Shown here one piece after another: positions 1 through 9,017 of a DNA stretch of 64,000 bases. Origin of the DNA: Collinsella sp. Lineage in GTDB: Bacteria; Actinomycetota; Coriobacteriia; Coriobacteriales; Coriobacteriaceae. The DNA lies in NCBI GenBank assembly GCA_018363345.1, contig JAGZNZ010000002.1, positions 13,529-77,528 of the forward strand, given 5' to 3'. The position numbers and the translations under genes were made by a program. A model generated the notes under the pieces. The model ran no database searches and had not been told where the DNA came from. It was given only the letters and a program-made list of their open reading frames with translations. The stretch's first letter is position 1, and each line of letters opens with the position of its first letter.

Positions 1-1617
1 ATGCTGCGGGCCTCGCGGATCTTGTAGCCGATCTTCTCGTCGCGATCGTCGCAGACCACGCGAATGCCGGCCTCCTCCAGCTTGGCGCACACCTCATGGG
101 CGTAGTCGCGGCTCTTCTCGGAAACCGGAAGTGCCTTGACCTGCACGGGAGCCAGCCAGGTGGGGAACTTGCCCGCAAAGTGCTCAATCAGAATACCAAT
201 AAAGCGCTCGATAGAGCCAAAGCACACGCGATGCAGCATGATGGGACGCTTCTTGGTGCCGTCGGCGTCCACGTACTCCAAGTCAAAGTTGAGCGGCATC
301 TGGAAGTCGAGCTGCACGGTACCGCACTGCCAGGTACGGCCGAGCGAGTCCTCCAGGTGGAAGTCGATCTTGGGGCCGTAGAAGGCGCCGTCGCCCTCGT
401 TGACCTCGTAGTCCATGCCCAGCTTCTCCAGAGCGGTGCGCAGGCCCTCCTCGGCGCGCGCCCAGTCCTCGTCCGAACCCATGGAGTCCTCGGGGCGGGT
501 GGAAAGCTCAACGTGGTACTTAAAGCCAAACTTCTGGTACACGGAGTCGATAAGGTTGACCACGCCCACGATCTCGTCGGTCAGCTGGTCGGGACGCACA
601 AACAGGTGGGCATCGTCCTGGTTAAAGCAGCGCACGCGGAACAGGCCGTGCAGGGCACCGCGCAGCTCGTGGCGGTGCACCAGGCCAATCTCACCGGCGC
701 GAATGGGCAGCTCGCGATAGGAGTGCGGCTTGGAGGCGTACACCAACACGCCGCCCGGGCAGTTCATGGGCTTAATGCAGTACTCTTCGTCGTCGATGAC
801 GGTGGAGTACATGTTGTCCTTGTAGTGGTCCCAGTGGCCCGAGGTCTTCCACAGCTGCTTGTTCATGATGAGCGGCGTGGAGATCTCCACGTAGCCGGCC
901 TTGTGGTGGATCTCTCGCCAGTAGTCCAGCAGCGTGTTCTTAAGGATCATGCCGTTGGGCAGGAAGAACGGGAAGCCGGGGGCCTCGTCGCGCATCATAA
1001 AGAGGTCCATCTCGCGGCCGATCTTGCGGTGATCGCGCTTCTTGGCCTCCTCCAGCATGTGCATGTGCTCATCGAGCTCTTCCTTGGTGGCAAAGGCGAC
1101 GCCGTTGATGCGGGTGAGCATCTTGTTGTCCTTGTCGCCCTTCCAGTAGGCGCCCGAAACGCCGGTGAGCTTAAAGGCCTTCAGCGCCTTGGTGTAGCAG
1201 ATGTGGGGGCCGACGCACATGTCGATGTAGTCGCCCTGCTGGTAGAAGGTGATGCGGGCGTCGTCGTCCAGGTCGCCGATGTGCTCGACCTTGTACTTCT
1301 CGCCGCGCTCCTCCATAAGGGCGATGGCCTCGGCGCGAGGCTTCTCGTACACGGTGAACTTGAGGTTCTCCTTGACGATCTTTTTCATCTCGGCCTCGAT
1401 CGCGGGGAAGTCGTCCTCGCTGATCTTGACGCCCTCGGGCAGGTCGACGTCGTAGTAGAAGCCGTTGTCGGTCGCGGGGCCGTATGCAAAGTCGGCCTGG
1501 GGGTACAGGCGCTTGATGGCCTGCGCCATGATGTGCGCGGCGGAGTGGCGGATGACGTGCGTGACCTCGTCCTGCGGGAGCTCGGCCACCGAACCGTCAT
1601 TGTAGAGTGCCTTCATG
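1..1617 (-). CDS. thrS: Threonyl-tRNA synthetase (ThrRS), N-terminal about 539 codons; the C-terminus lies beyond the window start.
   Basis: Minus-strand translation from the ATG at 1615-1617 gives MKALYNDGSVAELPQDEVT...HVIRHSAAHIMAQAIKRLYP, the ThrRS N-terminal TGS/editing signature. The ORF runs off the window edge; the long plus-strand ORF 96..2543 is its antisense artefact. Confidence 0.8.
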
Positions 1618-1714
1618 GGTATATTTTCTCCTCTCGGATGCCTGATGCAAGTGCGCGCGATGCGCTAGTCGTTTTAACTTGCATCATTATAGGCAGGTTG
1701 CCTTGGTATACAAG

Positions 1715-1745
1715 CGCCCGCCGCACCTTAATGGCACGGCGGGCG
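1715..1745. terminator. GC-rich hairpin (9-bp stem CGCCCGCCG/CGGCGGGCG) between the zinc-ribbon gene and thrS; possible terminator for the 1845..2276 gene.
   Basis: Perfect inverted repeat read directly, followed by ATTTTCT on the plus strand and only a weak T-run on the minus strand. Confidence 0.3.
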
Positions 1746-1844
1746 ATTTTCTACGCATGCTTCATCGTGTGGGGCGGGTTGCGCGTGTGGCTTGCGCGGG
1801 ACGCGCGGTGCCCGTGGCTTGCGACCGGCCCGGCGATGGATGCG

Positions 1845-2276
1845 TTACTGGATGCGAGTTCGGCAGTAGGGGCAGACCTTCCAGTGCGCATCGAGCGGGC
1901 GATGGCAGCTGGGGCATACGTTGCGAACCTGGGTATCGCACACCGGGCAGACGACGAAGTCCTTCTCGATGGGCGCGCCGCACTGCGGGCAGGTGCCGTA
2001 CTGGGCAAGCTGGCGCTCGCGCAGAGCCATGTCCAGCTCCTGCTCCTCGCGGTCGGAGGCGTAGGAGTGCGGACGCAGGACCAGGTAGGCAATGAGGCCC
2101 ACAAACGGGATGAGGGCGATGATGCCCCATGCCACGTAGGCGCTGGCGCCGCGGCGGCGAGCGTCGATGAACACATAGACGACCGACAGCACGTACAGGG
2201 CGATGATAAAGCCAACGAAGGCATAGACGACGCCCATAAGCTGCGGCGACATGAGCTCGGAGATGTACTTGGACAT
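1845..2276 (-). CDS. Small membrane protein with two N-terminal TM helices and a C-terminal double zinc ribbon (CPQCG...CPVCD...CPSCH...CPYC).
   Basis: 143-aa ORF with a hydrophobic N-terminal half and four CxxC pairs in the C-terminal 50 aa. No close named family recognised. Confidence 0.55.
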   Translation of the reverse strand: MSKYISELMSPQLMGVVYAFVGFIIALYVLSVVYVFIDARRRGASAYVAWGIIALIPFVGLIAYLVLRPHSYASDREEQELDMALRERQLAQYGTCPQCGAPIEKDFVVCPVCDTQVRNVCPSCHRPLDAHWKVCPYCRTRIQ

Positions 2277-2376
2277 TACGGGTACCTTTCGGAATATTTA
2301 CAGTACGGTCAAGTTTACCACGGGGTTTGTTTATATGGGACTACGGCTAGGGACGGGGCTGGTGCGGACACAAACA

Positions 2377-2714
2377 TCTCAATCTGTAACAGGTGGAGGC
2401 GAAATCCGGGTCTAGGTGTTACAGATCGAGACGAACGGAAGGGGCGCCAGACTAACGTCTCAATCTGTAACATCTGGAACCCAAATCCTCGTCTAACTGT
2501 TACAGATCGAGACATTCAAAATCCGCCGGAAGGTTTGTCTTGATCTGTAACATCTAGAACCCAAATCCTCAGCTAGCTGTTCCAGATCGAGACATACGAA
2601 TAACCCGACGGGCTAACGTCTCGATCTGTAACAGTAGGACCGCAATTCCCCTCCTACTGTTACAGATCGAGACGAACGTGCGCCCGTGGTCTCAACATCT
2701 CAATCTGTAACAGG
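2377..2714. repeat. Tandem array of 4.5 units with an exact 80-bp period. Each unit is a hairpin with conserved 16-nt arms GTCTC(A/G)ATCTGTAACA ... TGTTACAGATCGAGAC, a semi-conserved ~25-nt loop (GGAnC..AAATCC..GTCTA) and a ~24-nt variable inter-unit segment.
   Basis: Left arms at 2377, 2457, 2537, 2618 and 2697; right arms at 2417-2432, 2497-2513, 2577-2593 and 2657-2673; the fifth unit is truncated after its left arm. The arms are reverse complements of each other. Confidence 0.85.
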
Positions 2715-2870
2715 TAACGTCGACGACCGCGAGGTTGGGTGGGAAGATCTCGTGGCCTAACGTGGCCGGCATCCGTGCTGGGCGGCCCTCGTCTGCCGTT
2801 GGCGGGTGTTGCGGGGCTGTTCGCCGCATTGCCGCCGCACTAGGGGCGCGCAGACCGTAGGATGGTTTTA

Positions 2871-2885
2871 TTGACAGCCTGTCAA
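2871..2885. promoter_or_regulatory. Perfect palindrome TTGACAGCCTGTCAA 18 bp upstream of the first FAD-oxidoreductase gene; candidate operator and/or -35 element.
   Basis: Palindrome read directly; it begins with TTGACA. The RBS GGGAGG lies at 2893-2898 and the GTG start at 2903. Confidence 0.3.
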
Positions 2886-2902
2886 CTTATCTGGGAGGCA
2901 CC

Positions 2903-4357
2903 GTGGCAGAAACGTTTGATATCGCAATTGTGGGCGCGGGCATTACCGGGTGCGCCATCGCGAGGCAGCTCGCGCGGTTTGACCTATCCATTTGCGTAGT
3001 CGAGGCGGCTAACGATATTGCGCTGGGCGCGTCGAAGGCCAACGGCGGCCTGGTGCACGCTGGCTACGATCCGGCGGCGGAAACCGTAAAGGCACAGGTC
3101 AACGCCCGTGGCTGCGAGTTGTACGGTACATGGGCGCAGGAGCTGGGCTTTCTGTTCTGCCGCACCGGGTCGATGGTGTTGGGCTTTAACGACGAGGACC
3201 GCACGCATCTGGAGCAGCTGCGGTGCAACGGCCATGTCAACGGTGTTCCCGAGCTGTCGATCGTCGGACCCGACCGCATCCACGAATTAGAGCCGCGTGC
3301 CAGTGCCGATGCAACGTGCGCGTTGTGGTGCCCCTCGACTGGGTTTGTCGACCCGTTTGAGGTTGCCATCGCCGCGCTGGAGAACGCCGTGGCCAACGGG
3401 GTGACGTTTATGCGGTCTGCGCCGGTGGAAGCGATTGAAGTCGCGGGCTCGGGCGACGACGCGCACTTTACGTTGGCGACGCCCGCCGGAGACGTGCGCT
3501 GCCGCTACCTGATCAACGCCGCGGGCAACGGCGCCGCCGACATCTCGCATATGGTGGGCGCCGAGGAGTTCCAGATGGTCTGGCGTCAGGGCAACATCGT
3601 GGTGCTGGATAAGGAACCGCGCACGCTCATGCCGCTCTACCCTGTTCCCACGCCAGTGTCCAAGGGCGTTATCGTCACGGGTACCGTACATGGCAACACC
3701 GTGATTACCGCGACGGCTGCCGTGCGCGAGCCAGGCGACACGCAGACCTACGCGACCGATGTCAACGCGCTCCTGACCGGTGCGCACAAGCTGGTGCCCG
3801 ATCTGGACACGCGTCGCGTGGTGCGCGCGTTTGCCGGCGGTCGACCGGTCATTCAGGGAACGAACGACTTCTTTATTGGGCAGTCGGCCGTGGTGCCGGG
3901 GCTGTTCCAGGCGGCGGGCATCCAGTCGCCGGGCGTGGCGAGCGCACCGGCCATTGCCGAGCGCATGGAGCTTGTGATGCGTGAGGCGGGCGTGGAGCTG
4001 CACGAGCGGGCGGACTGGAACCCAATTCGCCGCGAGCCGGACGACTTTGACCGCGCACCGCTGGCGCGCAAGGAAGAACTCATTGAGTCCGATCCCGCGT
4101 GGGGGCAGATCGTCTGCCGCTGCGAAACGGTGCCCGAGGCCGAGATTGTGGCCGCGATCCGACGCCGTCCGGGCGCGATTTCGGTCGAGGGCGTCAAGCG
4201 CCGCTGCCGCGCCGGCATGGGTCGGTGCCAAAGCGGTTTTTGCCAGAGCCGCGTGGTGGCGATCCTGGCGCGCGAGCTGGGCTGCGACCCCAGCGAAGTG
4301 CTGTTGGAGGATGCCGGATCTTGGCTGGTCGAGGGACCTTTGAAGGGGGTGCGCTAG
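2903..4357 (+). CDS. FAD-dependent oxidoreductase (GlpA/L-2-hydroxyglutarate-oxidase-like) with a C-terminal BFD-like [2Fe-2S] Cys cluster.
   Basis: N-terminal IAIVGAGITGCAIARQL dinucleotide-binding motif; C-terminal CRCETV...CRAGMGRCQSGFC. First gene of the widely conserved three-gene unit FAD-oxidoreductase / FAD-NAD(P) oxidoreductase / DUF1667. Confidence 0.8.
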   Translation: MAETFDIAIVGAGITGCAIARQLARFDLSICVVEAANDIALGASKANGGLVHAGYDPAAETVKAQVNARGCELYGTWAQELGFLFCRTGSMVLGFNDEDRTHLEQLRCNGHVNGVPELSIVGPDRIHELEPRASADATCALWCPSTGFVDPFEVAIAALENAVANGVTFMRSAPVEAIEVAGSGDDAHFTLATPAGDVRCRYLINAAGNGAADISHMVGAEEFQMVWRQGNIVVLDKEPRTLMPLYPVPTPVSKGVIVTGTVHGNTVITATAAVREPGDTQTYATDVNALLTGAHKLVPDLDTRRVVRAFAGGRPVIQGTNDFFIGQSAVVPGLFQAAGIQSPGVASAPAIAERMELVMREAGVELHERADWNPIRREPDDFDRAPLARKEELIESDPAWGQIVCRCETVPEAEIVAAIRRRPGAISVEGVKRRCRAGMGRCQSGFCQSRVVAILARELGCDPSEVLLEDAGSWLVEGPLKGVR

Positions 4358-4358
4358 G

Positions 4359-5705
4359 ATGGCGGAATTCAAATCGAGTGCGATTGATTGCGGCGTCGTT
4401 GAGGCCGTGGCAACGCAGGCCTTCGACGTGGTCGTTATCGGCGGCGGACCTGCCGGCATGGCGGCCGCGCTGGCCGCGCATAAGGCAGGCGCACGCGTGG
4501 CCATCGTGGAGCGCGAGCAGCACCTGGGCGGCATCCTCCGCCAGTGCATCCACCCCGGCTTTGGCCTGTCGCACTTTAAACAGGAGCTCACCGGTCCCGA
4601 GTACGCGCAGCGCTTTATCGACCAGGTGCATGCAACCGATATTGCGCTGTTCCTGAACAGCATGGTGCTTGGGATTGATTCAGGCGAGCCTGCGGAAGAC
4701 ACCGCGGTCCACACCGTCACGCTCATGAGCCCTGCCGGCATGCTGCAGCTCACCGGTCGCGCGATCGTCCTTGCCATGGGCTGCCGTGAGCGCACCCGCA
4801 GCGAGATCAAGATCCCCGGCAGTCGTCCCGCCGGCGTGTTTACGGCCGGCCTGGCGCAGCGATACATCAATATCGAAAACCTCAAACCCGGCTCGCGCGC
4901 CGTCATTTTGGGTTCGGGCGACATCGGGCTGATCATGGCACGTCGCTGCACGCTCGAGGGGATTTCGGTCGAGGGCGTGTACGAGCTCATGCCATACGCC
5001 AACGGTCTGCGCCGCAATGTGAAGAACTGCCTGGATGACTTTGGCATTCCGCTACATCTATCCACCACGGTAACGCGCGTGATCGGGCACGACCGCGTGG
5101 AAGCCGTCGAGGTGAGCCAAGTCGACGAACGCCTAGCGCCCATTCAGGGGACCGAGCGCATTGTTCCGTGCGACACGTTGCTGCTTTCGGTGGGCCTGAT
5201 TCCCGAGAACGAGCTTTCGGTTGCCGCGGGTGTAGAGCTTGATCCGCGCACGCGCGGCGCCGTGGTGAACCAGAGCCTGCAGACGGGCGTACCGGGCATC
5301 TTTGCCTGCGGCAACGTGCTGCACGTGCACGACCTGGCCGACAACGTAACGACCGAGTCCGAGCGCGCCGGTGAGGCTGCGGCGGCATACGCGCTGGGGA
5401 GCGGCGGGGGCGCCGTTCCGGACTGCGAGCTCACCGTCTCCCCTGCCGGCATTGCAGGATACGCGCTGCCGGGACGCATTACGGCCGTGGCATTCACCAA
5501 GCTCAACTTCCGCGTGCGCCGACCCGTCGATGCCGCTCGCGTGAGGATCTTGGCCGACGGCGAGGAACTGTTCGCCGGCAAGGTCCGCGCGTTTAAGCCG
5601 AGCGTTATGGAGAGCTTCCCGCTACCGGCAAAGGTGATTCAGCATGCGCTCGACCTAGGTGCTAGCGAGATTATCCTATCTGTCGATCCCGTTGAGGAGG
5701 CGTAA
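4359..5705 (+). CDS. FAD/NAD(P)-binding pyridine-nucleotide-disulfide-type oxidoreductase.
   Basis: VVVIGGGPAGMAAA Rossmann motif plus a second GSGDIGL nucleotide-binding motif. The start lies 2 nt after the stop of the upstream gene (operon). Confidence 0.8.
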   Translation: MAEFKSSAIDCGVVEAVATQAFDVVVIGGGPAGMAAALAAHKAGARVAIVEREQHLGGILRQCIHPGFGLSHFKQELTGPEYAQRFIDQVHATDIALFLNSMVLGIDSGEPAEDTAVHTVTLMSPAGMLQLTGRAIVLAMGCRERTRSEIKIPGSRPAGVFTAGLAQRYINIENLKPGSRAVILGSGDIGLIMARRCTLEGISVEGVYELMPYANGLRRNVKNCLDDFGIPLHLSTTVTRVIGHDRVEAVEVSQVDERLAPIQGTERIVPCDTLLLSVGLIPENELSVAAGVELDPRTRGAVVNQSLQTGVPGIFACGNVLHVHDLADNVTTESERAGEAAAAYALGSGGGAVPDCELTVSPAGIAGYALPGRITAVAFTKLNFRVRRPVDAARVRILADGEELFAGKVRAFKPSVMESFPLPAKVIQHALDLGASEIILSVDPVEEA

Positions 5706-5709
5706 GGCC

Positions 5710-6108
5710 ATGAGCACGAATGTGACCGAGACATTGCAGTTCAACTGCACGACCTGCCCATCCGAATGCCTTCTGACCGTAGAGGTGGAGCGCGACGCCA
5801 ATGGCGTCGTGGTGGAAGTGCGCTCCGTGACCGGCAACAACTGCCCGCGCGGCGATAAGTTCGCACATCAGGAGCTCACCTGCCCCATGCGTGTGCTCAC
5901 GACGACCGTGGCCGTCTCCGGCGGCGACGAAGCCCTGCTCCCCGTGCGCACGGCCGAAGCCATCCCGCTGGCACTCCACGCCCAAGCCATGGACCTCATC
6001 CGAGGTCTAGTCGTCAACACCCCCATCCGCATGGGCGACGTCGTGCTGGAAAATCTTCTCGGCACCAACATTGACTTAGTCGCCAGCATGGACATCGACC
6101 GAGCCTAA
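5710..6108 (+). CDS. DUF1667-type small Cys-containing protein, third member of the oxidoreductase trio.
   Basis: ATG at 5710 preceded by GAGGAGG. Contains CTTCPSEC...CPRGDKF motifs typical of the DUF1667 partner. The longer track ORF beginning at 5659 is rejected because it lacks an RBS. Confidence 0.7.
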   Translation: MSTNVTETLQFNCTTCPSECLLTVEVERDANGVVVEVRSVTGNNCPRGDKFAHQELTCPMRVLTTTVAVSGGDEALLPVRTAEAIPLALHAQAMDLIRGLVVNTPIRMGDVVLENLLGTNIDLVASMDIDRA

Positions 6109-6236
6109 GTAGCTCATTTGGGACGGGCTCTTTTAGCTGCTTTTGCAAGGAGTGTCCCCAGGTGCCGGCATAAAAGGAACGTCCCTAACTGCCGGGCTTG
6201 GGATACCATGGTGGCAGCCTAGCGAAAGGATGTTTC

Positions 6237-7325
6237 ATGGCACATGTCGATGACCAGCGTGTGGCGCGCGTGCTCGATTCGCTCGAGGCTCAGCACCCCG
6301 GCGCGCAGCTCCTCGTAAACGACCCGTGGTCGATCTATTACCTGACCGGCTTTTATGCCGATATGTTCGAGCGTTTTTGTGGCGTGCTGCTCACGCGCGG
6401 CAGCGAGCCGGTAATCCTGGTCAACGCCCTGCACCAGCTGCCCGAGTATGACAATGCCCGCGTTGCCTACCACACCGACACCGATGTCGTGGCCAACGCC
6501 ATCGCGAGTGAGATCGACCCGACCAAACCGCTCGGCATCGACACCGTCATGCGCTCCGGCTTTTTGATGCCGCTTATGGAGTGCCACGCCGCCAGCAAGT
6601 TTTTCCTGGGTGACTTTGCCGTCACCGCCGCGCGCACCCACAAGGATGCCACCGAGCAGGAGCTCATGCGCGTGTCCTCCGCCGCCAACGACGCCGTGAT
6701 GGCCGACGCCATCAAACTCGTCCACGAAGGTGTGACGGAGCGCGAAATTGCTGACCAGATGCTCGGCCTGTATCGCAAGCACAGCTGCGAGGGCTTTAGC
6801 TTTCCGCCGATCGTGAGCTTTGGCGCCAACGCCGGCGACCCGCATCACGAACCCGACGATACCGTGCTCAAGCATGGCGACGTGGTGCTATTCGACATTG
6901 GCGGACGCCATCGCAACTACTGCTCGGACATGACACGCACGTTCTTTTGGGGCGAGCCGGACGAGGAGACCGCGCACGTCTACGACATCGTGCGCCGCGC
7001 CAACGAGGCCGCCGAGGCTCAAATCGCACCGGGCGTGCGCATGTGCGACCTGGACCGTGCCGCGCGCGAAGTGATTGAGGACGCAGGCTATGGCAAATAC
7101 TTTACACATCGCCTGGGCCACTCAATCGGCCTGCAGGACCACGAGCCGGGCGATGTCTCGCTGGTCAACGAGCAGGTCGTAGAGCCAGGCATGACGTTCT
7201 CCATTGAACCGGGCATCTACCTCCCCGGTCGCACCGGCGTCCGCATCGAGGACTTGGCCCTAGTTACCGAGTCCGGCGTCGAGATTCTCAACGCCTACCC
7301 CCACGATCCGGTCCGCCTAGACTAG
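6237..7325 (+). CDS. M24-family Xaa-Pro aminopeptidase/dipeptidase.
   Basis: Pita-bread metal ligands are present (FDIGGRHRNYCSDMTRTF, HRLGHSIGLQDHE, EPGIY...IEDL). The ATG at 6237 has an AAAGGA RBS. Confidence 0.8.
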   Translation: MAHVDDQRVARVLDSLEAQHPGAQLLVNDPWSIYYLTGFYADMFERFCGVLLTRGSEPVILVNALHQLPEYDNARVAYHTDTDVVANAIASEIDPTKPLGIDTVMRSGFLMPLMECHAASKFFLGDFAVTAARTHKDATEQELMRVSSAANDAVMADAIKLVHEGVTEREIADQMLGLYRKHSCEGFSFPPIVSFGANAGDPHHEPDDTVLKHGDVVLFDIGGRHRNYCSDMTRTFFWGEPDEETAHVYDIVRRANEAAEAQIAPGVRMCDLDRAAREVIEDAGYGKYFTHRLGHSIGLQDHEPGDVSLVNEQVVEPGMTFSIEPGIYLPGRTGVRIEDLALVTESGVEILNAYPHDPVRLD

Positions 7326-7330
7326 CCAAT

Positions 7331-7357
7331 GTGCCAAAGGGACAGTCCCTTTGGCAC
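7331..7357. repeat. Perfect 13-bp-arm palindrome GTGCCAAAGGGAC-AG-GTCCCTTTGGCAC immediately after the peptidase stop codon.
   Basis: Read directly. The GGACTGT motif is shared with the REP-like hairpin family at 7597..7661. Confidence 0.5.
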
Positions 7358-7373
7358 ATCCCGTTAACGCAGT

Positions 7374-7533
7374 GCCACGAAAACGGGCCATCTACTACGT
7401 TTAACCCGCATGGGTCGACCATGCGGGTCTTTTTTTAAAAATGGCAAGCCCTTTACCTGCGGTTTTGATTTCGCAATTCTCGGTATGGTCGAGGGTTACC
7501 GGTCAAACGTAGTAAATAGGCCCATTTCGTGGC
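7374..7533. mobile_element. MITE-like element, copy 1: 160 bp bounded by ~32-bp terminal inverted repeats GCCACGAAAACGGGCCATCTACTACGTTTAAC / GTCAAACGTAGTAAATAGGCCCATTTCGTGGC.
   Basis: The terminal inverted repeats (TIRs) are about 85% identical. A second 160-bp copy with the same TIRs but a different interior lies at 45406..45565. No transposase is encoded. Confidence 0.6.
7405..7437 (+). terminator. Intrinsic terminator (CCCGCATGG-loop-CCATGCGGG followed by TCTTTTTTT) carried inside MITE copy 1, 80 nt downstream of the peptidase gene.
   Basis: 9-bp GC-rich stem followed by a T7 run, read directly. Confidence 0.5.
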
Positions 7534-7596
7534 GAGCAAGTCAACTCGAGGCGCAGGGCAGCCAAAAAAGCCCCGTCCCAAATTGACTGCTTTTGA

Positions 7597-7661
7597 GTTG
7601 CGGTGATATACGGACTGTTTGAGGCTTCTGACTTGTACAACAGTCCGTATATCACCGCAAC
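7597..7661. repeat. REP-like hairpin element with a 23-bp perfect stem (GTTGCGGTGATATACGGACTGTT ... AACAGTCCGTATATCACCGCAAC) and a 19-nt loop, in the convergent gap between the peptidase gene and folC.
   Basis: Same family as 63820..63888 and the partial copies at 45293..45360 and 45695..45719 (core AGTTGCGGTGAAATAG...CTATTTCACCGCAACT). Confidence 0.6.
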
Positions 7662-7676
7662 TGATGAGGGGATGGG

Positions 7677-9017
7677 TTAACGGAGCAGCCCCGCTACTTC
7701 GCCGGCTAGGGTGATGGTACCGGCTGCTACGAAGGACTCGCCCGCGGTATCGAAGGCAGCGAGGGCCTCGGGTACGCTCGGATACACGCCCGCAAGCTTG
7801 TCGGCATCCACCAGGGCGGCAAGCTCCTGCGCGGGCAAGGCACGATCGGAATCGGTCTGCGTCACGACCACGCGTGGGAAGGCCGGGATCAGCACGTCGA
7901 CGATACCCGCCACGTCCTTATCGGCCAGCGCGGCGCACAGCAACGTGGGGCGGTTCTCCACGCACGGATCGATCTCGTCCAGCGCGCTCACAAAGTTCTC
8001 GCAGCTCTGGGGGTTATGACAGGCGTCGATCAGCTTGAGCGGATCGGTTCCCAGCACATCAAAGCGACCAGGCGTGGGACAGCCCATAAGCGACGCATCG
8101 AGCTTGTCATGATCGAGCTCGCGACCCAGATACCCCTCGCACAGCATGATCGCACACGCGGCATTCTGCGGCTGATACGCCGGCTTGACCATGCTCGACG
8201 TATAGATGGCACGCGGCGTGGTGCAGCTGAACTCCACCGTGTCGCCCACATGTGCCGGCACCTTGGTCGTGGCATGGTTCACCACCAGCGGCACTATGCC
8301 GCACTCGCGGCAACGTGCATCCATCACGCGCTGAACGCTCGCCTCGTGCGTGCCCTCGCCCAGCACAACCAGGCGTCCGGGCTTAATGACCGCAGCCTTC
8401 TCCCCCGCAATGGCCTCGAGCGTATCGCCCAAAATACGTGTGTGATCGAGCCCAATGCCCGTAATGGCGACGGCCACGGGATCGGTCGCGCTCGTGGCGT
8501 CCCAGCGTCCGCCCATGCCGACCTCGAGCACAGCAACATCAACCGCATCCTCGGCAAACACGACAAGTGCGGCAGCCGTCAGCAGGTCAAACGGTGTGAT
8601 GGCATAGGCACGCTCCCCCGCCGCCACACGACGGGCATTCACGCGATGTCCCGCCTCAACAGCGGCCGAAACGCCACGGGCGAATGCCTCATCGCTCACG
8701 ACGCATCCATCGACTTCCATGCGCTCGGGATAGCGTACCAGCTGTGGCGACGTATACAGCGCGGTCTTGAGCCCCTCACCATGAAGAATGGCAGCCGAAA
8801 AACGCGTAGTCGAAGTCTTGCCATTGGTACCGGCGACCTGAATGCAATCGAAATACTCGTCCGGACGTCCCAGCTCATCAAGCATATCGACAACCGTCTC
8901 AAGCAGAGGCCCAGCATCCCCAGAAATCCGCCCCGTATCAGCAGCAAGTCCCACAGCCTCATCAAACGAAAGCAGCTCAAACGAGAAAGGAACGACATAC
9001 GACCCCGAACGCTTAGC
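7677..9017 (-). CDS. folC: Folylpolyglutamate synthase / dihydrofolate synthase.
   Basis: Mur-ligase-type P-loop IQVAGTNGKTSTT, a DH motif (ITGIGLDHTRILG), and FolC-like length. Start chosen at MAKRSGSYVVPF; the track ORF extends upstream to 9077. Confidence 0.8.
   Translation of the reverse strand, partial: AKRSGSYVVPFSFELLSFDEAVGLAADTGRISGDAGPLLETVVDMLDELGRPDEYFDCIQVAGTNGKTSTTRFSAAILHGEGLKTALYTSPQLVRYPERMEVDGCVVSDEAFARGVSAAVEAGHRVNARRVAAGERAYAITPFDLLTAAALVVFAEDAVDVAVLEVGMGGRWDATSATDPVAVAITGIGLDHTRILGDTLEAIAGEKAAVIKPGRLVVLGEGTHEASVQRVMDARCRECGIVPLVVNHATTKVPAHVGDTVEFSCTTPRAIYTSSMVKPAYQPQNAACAIMLCEGYLGRELDHDKLDASLMGCPTPGRFDVLGTDPLKLIDACHNPQSCENFVSALDEIDPCVENRPTLLCAALADKDVAGIVDVLIPAFPRVVVTQTDSDRALPAQELAALVDADKLAGVYPSVPEALAAFDTAGESFVAAGTITLAGEVAGLLR

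Noticed and set aside
96-2543. 815-aa plus-strand ORF
   Set aside because: Antisense artefact of high-GC DNA. It spans thrS (clear ThrRS signature on the minus strand), an intergenic hairpin and the zinc-ribbon gene, and has no recognisable domains.
2377-2714. CRISPR array (regular 80-bp periodicity)
   Set aside because: The conserved elements are alternating inverted copies of a 16-mer forming hairpins, not direct repeats separated by unique spacers. The loops are related to each other, and no cas genes or leader are nearby.
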